Shown here one piece after another: positions 8,289 through 16,852 of a DNA stretch of 64,000 nt. Both the position numbers and the translations under genes were made by a program. The notes below the pieces were generated by a model, which was given only the letters and a program-made list of their open reading frames with translations, ran no database searches and was not told where the DNA came from. The stretch's first letter is position 1; every line of letters begins with the position of its first letter. Origin of the DNA: Anaerolineae bacterium (GTDB lineage Bacteria; Chloroflexota; Anaerolineae; Aggregatilineales; Phototrophicaceae); assembly GCA_020849765.1 (NCBI GenBank), contig JADLAY010000017.1, positions 44,906 through 108,905 on the forward strand, written 5' to 3'.

Positions 8289-9500
8289 ATGGTTCCACAA
8301 CGAAAGTCGCTACACATGCGGGCTCGCAAGGTTGACTACACGGCTGTCTTGATCGCTTATTTCAGTTTCATTGTGCTGGGGATGCCCGGCGCGCTGCTCG
8401 GTATCGTCTGGTCGCCGCACATGCGCGAGACGTTCGCGCTCGACCTGGACGGGGTCGCGGCACTCTATGCCACCGTCAGCATCGGTTATTTCGTCGCCAG
8501 TTTCATCAGCGGGCGCCTGTTCTCACGCTACAACATCGGCCTGCTGCTGACCGGGGGCTGCGCGATTGCGGCCATCGCCTTTACCGGGTATGCCCTGGCA
8601 TCGACATGGGGACTGGTCGTGGCGATCGGGTTTGCGGCAGGCTTCGGCGTCGGCATCCTCGACGGCGGCATGAATATCTACTTCGCCGCGCATTTCGATT
8701 CACGCCTGATGAACTGGCTGCATGCCTCGTTCGGCATCGGCGCGACGCTGGCGCCGTTCATCATCAACATCGTGCTGATCAACAACGGCTCCTGGCGCAT
8801 CGGCTACTGGATGATCGCCGGGTTGTACGTGCTGGTCGCCATCCTCTACTTCGTCACGCGCGCGCGCTGGCTGCCGCTCGATGGCGTGGTTGACCAGGCG
8901 AAAGCACGCAAAGGGACGCCCGTTCGGGATACGCTGCGGCTGCCGATCGTCTGGGTCGGGATCATCTTTTTCGTCCTGTTCGCCGGTCTGGAATCGAGTA
9001 CCGGCCAGTGGAGCAAGACGATTTTCAACGAGTCGCGCGGCGTCCCGGAGACCATCGCCAGCAACTGGGTCGGGCTTTACTGGCTCAGTTTCACCATCGG
9101 GCGCATCTTCTTCGGCTTCATCGTGACGCGCGTCGAAGCCAGCCGCCTGATTCGCATCTGCATGTTCGGGGCGTTGGCCGGGCTGGCCCTGTTCGTCTGG
9201 AATCCATTCCTGGAAAGCGGTCTGCTGGCGGTGGCGCTGTTCGGCTTCATGCTCGGCCCGATCTTCGCCATGATGGTGACGGCGACTCAGGAACGCCTGG
9301 GCGGCACGCATGCAGCCAATGCCATCGGCTTCCAGGTCGCCTCGTCGACGATCGGCATTGGCCTGATGCCGGGTCTGCTCGGCGTGGCGGGCGTCACCTT
9401 TGGCCTGGAGAGCATCACGGTCGCGCTGCTGGTCGTGCTGCTGATCATGACGGTCCTCTACGAACTATGGGGGCGGATGCCGGTGCGCATCGCCGCGTAG
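8289..9500 (+). CDS. MFS transporter
   Basis: 403 aa, 12 predicted TM, MFS-like loop pattern. Alternative start at ATG 8316. Confidence 0.75.
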   Translation: MVPQRKSLHMRARKVDYTAVLIAYFSFIVLGMPGALLGIVWSPHMRETFALDLDGVAALYATVSIGYFVASFISGRLFSRYNIGLLLTGGCAIAAIAFTGYALASTWGLVVAIGFAAGFGVGILDGGMNIYFAAHFDSRLMNWLHASFGIGATLAPFIINIVLINNGSWRIGYWMIAGLYVLVAILYFVTRARWLPLDGVVDQAKARKGTPVRDTLRLPIVWVGIIFFVLFAGLESSTGQWSKTIFNESRGVPETIASNWVGLYWLSFTIGRIFFGFIVTRVEASRLIRICMFGALAGLALFVWNPFLESGLLAVALFGFMLGPIFAMMVTATQERLGGTHAANAIGFQVASSTIGIGLMPGLLGVAGVTFGLESITVALLVVLLIMTVLYELWGRMPVRIAA

Positions 9501-9516
9501 CGTGGGTCAAGAATCA

Positions 9517-9545
9517 GAGGAGCAGCCTCTGGAATGCTGCTCCTC
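9517..9545. terminator. Bidirectional hairpin between convergent genes
   Basis: GAGGAGCAGC-N9-GCTGCTCCTC (10 bp) between the MFS stop (9500) and the minus-strand stop at 9649. No clear U-tract. Confidence 0.4.
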
Positions 9546-9648
9546 AAACGTGCTATCGCTTCAGGTCGGCTGTTACGATATCCGGTCGCTCTCACCGCCA
9601 CTGCTCACAGCCGATGTAAATTCACAGTCTGTTCACCCAGACGTCGGC

Positions 9649-10986
9649 TTATGGAAGCCCCAACCCTCCTGGCAATCCGCCGCCACCGCCGCCCGTCACA
9701 TTGTTGACCACGTCGTTGACGTTTTCGACCACCGGGTCGACGACGCCACCCGTATCGCCGCCGGTCGTCTCATTCACGGTTTCGACGACCGGATCCACTA
9801 CGCCGCTGGTGCCGCCGGTATCCGCGGAATTGAGCACGTCGTTGACCGTATCGACCACCGGGTCGACGACGCCGCCCGTATCGCCGCCGGTCGCGTCATT
9901 CACCGCGTTGACGACCGGATCAATCACGCCGCTGGTGCCACCGCCCGTGCCCGTGGAGTTGAGCACGTCGTTGACCGTATCGACCACCGGGTCGACGACG
10001 CCGGTCGTATCGCTGCCGGTCACGCCATTCACGGTGTCCTGAACGCCGTTGACGATCGGGTCGATGACATTGCCCGCGCTATCGACGACCGGGTAGACGA
10101 TGTTGCCTGCGCTATCCACAACCGGCTCGATGATGTTGCCCGCGCTGTCGACCACAGGCTCGATCAGGCCGATATCGACGATGCTCGGATCGATGGTCGA
10201 GACGACGCCGGTGATCAGGTCGATGAGCGAGTCGGTATCGCTGATAGTGTCGTCGACGATAGTCACGACCGGAACATCCGAGCAATCACCGCCGACGGTC
10301 ACGTCTGAGACGGAGATGAGGCCGGTCGTGCCGTTATCATTGATCAGCAGCAGATCGCCCGTATCGACGCTGCCGACGACGGCCACAGGCGCTTCCGTGC
10401 CGACGGCAATCGCCGAACCGCCGCCTGAACTCGTCTGGATCGAGACGCCCGTCCCACCATTAGAACCCGCCAGGCACGACGTACTGGTCAGGTCGATGCC
10501 ACCCTCGATCAGCAGCGAGCCGTCGGCGGTCGTCGCCATCGAGGCCAGCAGGTCGAAGTTCTCTTCTGAGCAGGCAATGTCATTCGGATCGCCGGTCATC
10601 AGCATGAGGCCGTACCACTGCGCCTGCTGCGGATTCTGCGCCACGACATTCAACACATAGTTGGCACTACCGGGCACGATGCGCAGGCACATACCGCTGA
10701 CGCCGAGCTTCGCCATCATGACGTTCTCCAGCGTCAACTGGTCTGAGATGATGACGTTGAGCGGGTCCTGGTAGTCCTGGCTGGCCGCCATCACGTAAAT
10801 CGTCTGATTATTGAGCGCAGAGAAACGATACTGGTTGGACATCTGCGCGCCATTTACGTATTCCTGAACAATCTGGCCAAAGGGCAATACTGTGGGTACA
10901 GTCTGCGCGCCAGCGGGCTGAGCCAACAGCAGACTTACGAGCGATAGCATAATGAGAGCGACGAGGTAAGGTTTTTGGAGCCGCAT
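9649..10986 (-). CDS. Secreted protein with a C-terminal array of DPVVDxVN-type repeats, function unknown
   Basis: ATG 10984-10986 (MRLQKPYLVALIMLSLVSLLLAQPAGAQT is a signal peptide). The C-terminal ~165 aa are built of [IV]-[DE]-P-V-V-[DE]-x-[VA]-N units with Gly/Thr linkers, ending GGGGGLPGGLGLP. Confidence 0.7.
   Translation of the reverse strand: MRLQKPYLVALIMLSLVSLLLAQPAGAQTVPTVLPFGQIVQEYVNGAQMSNQYRFSALNNQTIYVMAASQDYQDPLNVIISDQLTLENVMMAKLGVSGMCLRIVPGSANYVLNVVAQNPQQAQWYGLMLMTGDPNDIACSEENFDLLASMATTADGSLLIEGGIDLTSTSCLAGSNGGTGVSIQTSSGGGSAIAVGTEAPVAVVGSVDTGDLLLINDNGTTGLISVSDVTVGGDCSDVPVVTIVDDTISDTDSLIDLITGVVSTIDPSIVDIGLIEPVVDSAGNIIEPVVDSAGNIVYPVVDSAGNVIDPIVNGVQDTVNGVTGSDTTGVVDPVVDTVNDVLNSTGTGGGTSGVIDPVVNAVNDATGGDTGGVVDPVVDTVNDVLNSADTGGTSGVVDPVVETVNETTGGDTGGVVDPVVENVNDVVNNVTGGGGGGLPGGLGLP
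9652..10190. repeat. Coding tandem repeats (about 33-nt and about 60-66-nt units)
   Basis: Repeated gtcgacgac(g/c)cc.. / caccgggtcgacgacgcc.. blocks. Protein level: EPVVDSAGNII x3, then TGGDTGGVVDPVVDTVNDVLNS-like x about 6. Confidence 0.7.
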
Positions 10987-11326
10987 ACTGTCACTATCCT
11001 TCAATTAATCCTCCGATAATCTCAACATAAGGTGTCAACCGGACTTTATGACTAAAGGAAGAATTTGTGAATATATGCGCGAGATTTACATTCTTCACAG
11101 ATGGTTGATAGTGCAGACGTTCCGACGCTCAAATGCGCAAGCGCAGGTTGTCTCAAGGGTTCTTTAGGAAAACCTCAAGGGTCACTAGTAGCTAATATAA
11201 ACGACCTTGAAGCCCGATCTGCGGCTCCTGGGGGGATATTTGCTGCATAAATTCGTTGAAAAGTCGCTGGAAATGCATCTTCTGAGGCTCGGTTATTGCC
11301 TGACCAGCGCATTGCAGGCACTAGAG

Positions 11327-12199
11327 CTAACCCGATTCGTCGACGCCGTGGACGATGCCATCACGTTCGAACTCGATCCAGTAGTGATCGGCGAAGGCCG
11401 CCAGCGCGGGGATGCGCCCGATGCGATCGTCGAGCGCAGTGAGTACACGCAGCAACGGAGGGCGCCGCTCGATCACGCCATAGATGTCGCTCGGCGGCAG
11501 CCACAGGCCGAGCGGCTCGACGCGCGTCCGCCGGAACCACGGCGCGAAATCACGTGCCAACTTGCCGGGGGATGGGTAGAAGATGGCGGGGGCGGACAGG
11601 GCACGCCCTGTCCCTACAGGCAGGTCGTGATTTGTAGGGACGTCATGCTTGGCGTCCGCCGTCGTGCGCTTGCCTTCGAAGGTCGTCCCACCGCCCCAGC
11701 GCCGGAAAGCGACGTCGAATTCACCGTGCAGCGCATGCCAGCCGATCTCCCACAGGCACAGCGGCGGCATGACGCCGAAGGCCGCCCGCCCGCCCGGCGC
11801 CACGATCGTCGCCAGCCACGCCGCGAGAGGCTGCCAGCCGCTCAGGCAGTTGAGCACACCGAAGTTGGCGAAGACGAGATCGACCTTCTCCTCCGCCGGA
11901 TATGGATTCAAGTCGCTAAGGTCAAGATGTTCGACGCGCACGTTGGCATACCCGGCCAGCTTGGTGCGGGCGGCATCGAGCATCGCTTCGCTGGCGTCGG
12001 TCGCGATCACATGGACGCCGCGCCGGGCCAGATGCAGCGCATCCTCGCCCGTGCCGCAGCCGAGTTCGAGCGCCGTCTCGCCGGGCGCGATCAGCCGATC
12101 CAGCCGTGCGTGGACGCGTTCGCGCAGGTGACGCGCGATCGGCGAGTCCGTGAAGTCGGCGTCATAGGTCGGCGCGAGCGAGTCGAAAGCTGCAGGCAT
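11327..12199 (-). CDS. Class I SAM-dependent methyltransferase (with an in-frame REP-doublet insertion)
   Basis: Motif I ALELGCGTGEDALHLARRG. Starts 6 nt after the radical-SAM stop (operon). Confidence 0.8.
   Translation of the reverse strand: MPAAFDSLAPTYDADFTDSPIARHLRERVHARLDRLIAPGETALELGCGTGEDALHLARRGVHVIATDASEAMLDAARTKLAGYANVRVEHLDLSDLNPYPAEEKVDLVFANFGVLNCLSGWQPLAAWLATIVAPGGRAAFGVMPPLCLWEIGWHALHGEFDVAFRRWGGGTTFEGKRTTADAKHDVPTNHDLPVGTGRALSAPAIFYPSPGKLARDFAPWFRRTRVEPLGLWLPPSDIYGVIERRPPLLRVLTALDDRIGRIPALAAFADHYWIEFERDGIVHGVDESG
11594..11657. repeat. REP doublet (family A) inside the methyltransferase CDS
   Basis: GGACAGGGCACGCCCTGTCCCTAC, then a 16-nt spacer, then GTAGGGACGTCATGCTTGGCGTCC. 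Translated in-frame as ..HDVPTNHDLPVGTGRALSAP.. The first unit is identical to 39082-39105. Confidence 0.7.
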
Positions 12200-12205
12200 T
12201 GCGCC

Positions 12206-13702
12206 TCAGTCGACCAACCCGCCAACGATCACGGGCGGCGAGGCGGGCGGCAGCAGCGCCAGCCGGTCGAGTTCGGCGCGGGCGGCGGGCAGCGTCAGCG
12301 TGTGGTAGATCATGGCGGCGGTCTGGCGCAGCAGGCCGGGCGAAAGCTGGCGTGGATCGCGCAGCACGTCGCGCAGGGCGGCGCTCGTCTTGCGCGCGCG
12401 GTACTCCTTATGCACGACCGTGTGTAGTTGGCGGTAGAACTCGGTGCGATACGGCCCCTGGTAGAGCATGGCCAGGTCGGCGCTGTCGATCCAGTTGGCG
12501 CGCACGCCCAGCTCGTGCTTAACGTCCTCGTAGAACTTCGTCCCCGGCAGCGGATAGCTGACGCTGATGCCGATGTCGTCCGGCAGCAAGTCGCGCACCA
12601 TCTTGAGCGTCAGCTCGATGTCCTCGCGCGTCTCGCCGGGATAGCCGAACTGCAGGAAGAAGGCGACCTTGACGCCATGCGCGTGCAGTTGGCGCGTCGC
12701 CTCGTAGATCTGCTCGACGGTCGTGCCCTTGTCCATCGCGTCCAGGATCTTCTGCGAGCCGCTCTCGGCGCCGACCCAGACGATTTTCGCGCCCGCCCGC
12801 GCCAGCGCCGGGATGGTGCGCCCGCGCAGCAGCAGATCGACGCGATTGAGGCTCTTGAACGGGATGTGCACGTTTGCCGCGTCGAGTTGGTCGGCGAACT
12901 GCTCGATCCAGCGATCCTGAATGCCCATGATGTCGTCCATGAACCAGATGTGATCCGGCGCGAAGTTCTCCTGCAGCCAGCGCATTTCGGCGACGACGTT
13001 CTCCGGGCTGCGCACGTGATAGCGCTGGCCCCAGATCGGCTTGGCGCACCAGTTGCAGTGGAAGGGACAGCCGCGCGTCGTCACCAGGTTCATGCTGTAG
13101 TAGCCGTGGTGTTCGCGCCAGATGCGGGCGTACTTGTCGCGGTCGACCAGATCCCAGGCCGGGAACGGCAGCGAGTCGAGATCGGCGATCACGGGGCGCG
13201 GCAGCGTGCGCACGACCGTATCCGCACCGTCCAGGTAGGCGATGCCTGGCACGTCGGGCATTTCCGCACGGCCTAGCTGGTCGATCAGCTCCGGCAGCGT
13301 CGCGTCACCCTCACCGAGGATGACGGCATCCGCCCCAGCGTGCAGATAGGCGCCCGGATGATCGCTCGCATCCGATCCGCAAGCGATGACGACGCAGCCG
13401 CGCGCCTTGGCCATGCCGATCATTTCGAGCGCTGCCTCACGCATGCGCAGCAGGCTCATCTTGCTCAGGTAGTTGAAGTTGTCCTCGTAGATGACGGCGT
13501 AGCGCGGCTGATGCTGGGTCAGCGCGGCGTCCCATTCGCCCGTGCCCTCGCTGAGCATCGCGTCGAACAGCGCCACCTTGTAGCCGCGTTCACGCATGAC
13601 CGCCGCCGCGTAGAGCGTGCCGAGCGGCGGGTAGGGCTGCATCGCCTCGTAGAGCTTGGGGTCGAAGCGGAGGAAGTAGGATTGACCAAACAGGATGTCC
13701 AT
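12206..13702 (-). CDS. B12-binding-domain radical SAM protein
   Basis: 498 aa. N-terminal cobalamin-binding-like domain (..PPLGTLYAAAVMRERGYKVALFD..) and CX3CX2C (TRGCPFHCNWCAKP). Confidence 0.85.
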   Translation of the reverse strand: MDILFGQSYFLRFDPKLYEAMQPYPPLGTLYAAAVMRERGYKVALFDAMLSEGTGEWDAALTQHQPRYAVIYEDNFNYLSKMSLLRMREAALEMIGMAKARGCVVIACGSDASDHPGAYLHAGADAVILGEGDATLPELIDQLGRAEMPDVPGIAYLDGADTVVRTLPRPVIADLDSLPFPAWDLVDRDKYARIWREHHGYYSMNLVTTRGCPFHCNWCAKPIWGQRYHVRSPENVVAEMRWLQENFAPDHIWFMDDIMGIQDRWIEQFADQLDAANVHIPFKSLNRVDLLLRGRTIPALARAGAKIVWVGAESGSQKILDAMDKGTTVEQIYEATRQLHAHGVKVAFFLQFGYPGETREDIELTLKMVRDLLPDDIGISVSYPLPGTKFYEDVKHELGVRANWIDSADLAMLYQGPYRTEFYRQLHTVVHKEYRARKTSAALRDVLRDPRQLSPGLLRQTAAMIYHTLTLPAARAELDRLALLPPASPPVIVGGLVD

Positions 13703-13741
13703 CGGCGGTCGGCTTTCGGCTATCCGCTGTCAGCCCTTCAA

Positions 13742-13856
13742 TTGAACCGCAGCCTGCTCCCCCGCGCAAGCGCGAGCCGAAACGAAGGGAAAACTTATGA
13801 ACCACGGAGAGCACAAAGGGGAGATTCTTTGTGTCCTTTGCGCCTTTGCGGTTCAA
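13742..13856. repeat. Inverted-repeat-bounded intergenic element
   Basis: TTGAACCGCA (13742-13751) pairs with TGCGGTTCAA (13847-13856). Internal hairpin CACAAAG-N9-CTTTGTG. Single copy in the window. Confidence 0.4.
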
Positions 13857-13973
13857 CATCCTCGTTCATTCCCATGATTCCTCGATACTCCCCACGCAGA
13901 GGTCTGCCTTACAATGAATATTATCGTGCAAAAAGATTGCTTCTGTCGTGCAGCCACGGAGGACGTCCAGCTC

Positions 13974-15467
13974 ATGAAACGTACTATCTTTGTGGGCATT
14001 CTTGCATCGCTTTTGCTGACGGTCGCGCCCGCCCTCGCCCAGATGCCCTTCGCCGGGCAGACGGTGATCGTGGCGACGCAGTCCGGCACCTCGATCGGCG
14101 GCCCCGTCATCGACTACCGGGAAGCCTGGGAAGCGAAAACGGGCGGTTTCGTCGAGATCATCCAGGTCCCCTTCGGGGAGTTGTTCGACACGATCATGAC
14201 CGATTTCAACGGCGAAGAGAGCGAGATCGACGTCATCATCTACGCGTCGGATTGGTCGGGTGACATCATGGGCGGCGGCCACGTGCTGCCGATCCCGGAC
14301 TCGATCAAGGAGCAAATCGATTGGGGCGACATCCTGCCGCTTTACCGCGAGCGGATCGCCGATTGGGGCGGCGTCACCTATGCGCTCCCGTTCGACGGCG
14401 ACTCGCACATGCTCTATTACCGCAAGGATCTCGTCAGCGCGGATTCGCCATTCGCCGCCGAGTTCGAATCGACCTATGGCTACCCGCTCGGCGAGCCGCA
14501 AACGTGGGCGCAATATGCGGACGTCGCCCAGTTCTTCAACGGGCGCGACGTCGAGACCGCCGGGCTGACCGCGCCGATCTTCGGCGTGATCGAGGCGCAG
14601 AAACCGGCGGCCCAGAGCTACTGGTTCCTGATGACGCGCGCCGCCGGCTATGCCAAAGTCCCCGGCGACCCGTGCTTCTTCTTCACCTGTACTGATGACG
14701 CGCCGATGCAGCCGCTGGTCAATACGCCCGGCTGGGTGCGCGGCCTCCAGGATTGGATCGACGTCAGCCCCTACGGCCCGCCGAACATGATCGAGTCGGA
14801 CGTGACGGCTGTCCGCCGCCTGTTCCCGTCCGGCCAGGCTGTGCTGGCACTCGATTGGGGCGACGTCGGCCCGCTGACGGTCGATTCGGCCCGCTCGTCG
14901 GTCAAGGATCTGGCGGGCTTCGGCGTGCTGCCGGGCGGCGACCAGTATTGGGACCCGTCGCTCAACAATGGCGCGGGAGATTGGGTCTCGCCGGAAGGCG
15001 GCGTCAACCGCGCGCCCTTCATCGCCTTCGGCGGCTGGGTGATCTCGGTCTCGGCACGCAGTGACGTGGCCGACGCCGCGCTCGACTTCGCCGCCTACAT
15101 GGCGGATAAGGATCTGGCGGGCGTGCTGGCGACGACCGGCGGCACCGGCGTCAATCCGCTGCGTGCCAGCCAGTTCGATAACATCGACCTCTGGATCAAC
15201 GCCGGGTTCAGCGAAGAATCGGCGCAGGAATATCTCGACGCCGTGCGCGCGACGATCGCCGATCCGAATGCCGTGCTCGACCTGCGCATCCCCGGCGCTG
15301 CCGAGTACTTCGCCGCCCTCGACGACGAGATCCACCATGCGCTGCTTGGCGAGGTGACGGCGCAGGAGGCGCTCGACGCGGTCGCCGCCGAGTGGGACGC
15401 GATCACCGACCGCTTTGGGCGCGACGAGCAGTTGACGCTCTACCGCCAGTCACTGGGGTTGGAGTGA
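13974..15467 (+). CDS. ABC-transporter extracellular solute-binding protein (family 1, sugar-type), orphan
   Basis: ATG 13974 with ACGGAGGA upstream. Signal peptide MKRTIFVGILASLLLTVAPALAQ. SBP_bac_1-like sequence. No permease or ATPase genes adjacent. Confidence 0.75.
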   Translation: MKRTIFVGILASLLLTVAPALAQMPFAGQTVIVATQSGTSIGGPVIDYREAWEAKTGGFVEIIQVPFGELFDTIMTDFNGEESEIDVIIYASDWSGDIMGGGHVLPIPDSIKEQIDWGDILPLYRERIADWGGVTYALPFDGDSHMLYYRKDLVSADSPFAAEFESTYGYPLGEPQTWAQYADVAQFFNGRDVETAGLTAPIFGVIEAQKPAAQSYWFLMTRAAGYAKVPGDPCFFFTCTDDAPMQPLVNTPGWVRGLQDWIDVSPYGPPNMIESDVTAVRRLFPSGQAVLALDWGDVGPLTVDSARSSVKDLAGFGVLPGGDQYWDPSLNNGAGDWVSPEGGVNRAPFIAFGGWVISVSARSDVADAALDFAAYMADKDLAGVLATTGGTGVNPLRASQFDNIDLWINAGFSEESAQEYLDAVRATIADPNAVLDLRIPGAAEYFAALDDEIHHALLGEVTAQEALDAVAAEWDAITDRFGRDEQLTLYRQSLGLE

Positions 15468-15510
15468 GCCAAGACCTACATACGAATCCAACGGTTATTC
15501 ACTGCACATT

Positions 15511-15534
15511 GGGCGCATCACGATGCGCCCCTAC
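15511..15534. repeat. REP-like element (family A)
   Basis: GGGCGCATC-AC-GATGCGCCC followed by CTAC. Its reverse complement is GTAG plus a palindrome. Confidence 0.5.
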
Positions 15535-15606
15535 TTGGCATTTGGCTGTTGGTGGGTCAGAATGGCCTGCCAATAGCCGATCATTGCAACTGCCAAGAGC
15601 CAGCTC

Positions 15607-16797
15607 ATGACTGAACGCCTTTACTACGATGACTCGTACACCCATTCGTTCACGGCCACCATCACCGAGACATTGACCCACGACGGACACACCGCCGTCG
15701 TGCTCGAACGCACCTATTTCTACCCGACCGGCGGCGGCCAGCCCCATGACACCGGCACCATCGGCGGCGTACGCGTGCTCGACGTGTTCACACGCCCGGA
15801 GGACAAGGCCGTCGTCCACGTGCTCGACGGCGAGGCGGCGGGCGAGGTCAGCTGCGAAATCGACTGGGCGCGCCGCTTCGATCACATGCAGCAGCACACC
15901 GGCCAGCACATTCTCACCCAGGCGTTCGTCCAGACTGCGGGTACGTCCACCGTCGGCTTCCACCTGAGCGAGAACAGCGTCACCATCGACCTCGACGCAG
16001 AAGCGCTGACCCCGGAACAAATCGCCACTGCCGAGTCTCTGGCAAATCAAATCGTCTACAAAGACCGCCGGGTGACGACTCGCCTGATCGACCCGGAGGC
16101 CGCCGAGGGCGTACGCATGCGCCGCGTACCAGAGGCGCTGGCGACCAATGGTCTGCGCGTGGTCGAGGTAGAGGATTTCGATTCGACGGCCTGTGGCGGT
16201 ACACACGTCGCGCGTACGGGGCAGATCGGCGCGATCAAGGTCGTCGGGCTGGAGCGCTACAAAGGTGGCCAGCGCATCGAGTTCCGCTGCGGCTGGCGGG
16301 CACTCCACGACTACGACCTGCGCATCGGCGTGACGGGCCAGTTGACGAGCGCCCTGACCTGCGGCCTGGTCGATCTCCCGGCGGCGGTCGAACGCCTACA
16401 AAACACGAACCGCGACCGTGAGCGGACGATCAAGACGCTGCAAGAGCGGCTAATCGAATACGAGGCGGTCGATCTGCTGGCGAATGCGCAAGAGCGCGAC
16501 GGCGCGCGCTGGATCATCGCCGCCTTCGACGACCGGGATGCGGCGGCACTGCGCTGGCTGGCCGGGCGGCTCGTGCAGGAGCCAGGCGTGATCGTGCTGC
16601 TCGGCATCGGCGGTGAGAAGACGCACGTCATCTGCGCGCGCAGTGCGGAGCTGACGCAGGACATGAACGCAATGTTGCAGACGGCGTTAGCGCCGTTCGG
16701 GGGACGCGGCGGCGGTAAACCGGCGCAGGCGCAGGGTGGCGGCGAAGGAGCATCACGCGATCAGGTGCAGGCGGCGCTGGAAGCCGCGGCGGGCTGA
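15607..16797 (+). CDS. alaX: Alanyl-tRNA editing protein, AlaX-L type (AlaRS editing domain + DHHA1)
   Basis: MTERLYYDDSYTHSF.., HMQQHTGQHILTQAF and CGGTHV zinc/editing motifs. C-terminal GGRGGGKP.AQG (DHHA1). Confidence 0.85.
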   Translation: MTERLYYDDSYTHSFTATITETLTHDGHTAVVLERTYFYPTGGGQPHDTGTIGGVRVLDVFTRPEDKAVVHVLDGEAAGEVSCEIDWARRFDHMQQHTGQHILTQAFVQTAGTSTVGFHLSENSVTIDLDAEALTPEQIATAESLANQIVYKDRRVTTRLIDPEAAEGVRMRRVPEALATNGLRVVEVEDFDSTACGGTHVARTGQIGAIKVVGLERYKGGQRIEFRCGWRALHDYDLRIGVTGQLTSALTCGLVDLPAAVERLQNTNRDRERTIKTLQERLIEYEAVDLLANAQERDGARWIIAAFDDRDAAALRWLAGRLVQEPGVIVLLGIGGEKTHVICARSAELTQDMNAMLQTALAPFGGRGGGKPAQAQGGGEGASRDQVQAALEAAAG

Positions 16798-16816
16798 GAG
16801 AATTCACACAAATTGT

Positions 16817-16840
16817 ACGGGCGGGATATATCCCGCCCGT
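16817..16840. terminator. Bidirectional terminator-like palindrome
   Basis: ACGGGCGGGATA/TATCCCGCCCGT is a perfect 12-bp palindrome between convergent alaX and cyclophilin genes. Weak T-tract. Confidence 0.45.
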
Positions 16841-16852
16841 GCATTGTTCCGC

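Noticed and set aside
9652-10190. Possible CRISPR array (regular repeats)
   Set aside because: The repeats are contiguous coding repeats without unique spacers and lie inside a long ORF. There are no cas genes in the window.
9502-10660. Three plus-strand ORFs (268, 113 and 186 aa) with repetitive sequence
   Set aside because: Antisense shadows of the tandem-repeat region of the secreted protein gene, which has the signal peptide and RBS.
13866-15338. 490-aa minus-strand ORF
   Set aside because: Antisense to the solute-binding-protein gene. Arg/Asp/Gly-rich with no motifs.
13974-15467. Orphan ABC solute-binding protein as a novelty
   Set aside because: Orphan SBPs are common, and the permease and ATPase genes may be elsewhere in the genome. 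Nothing in the sequence is unusual.
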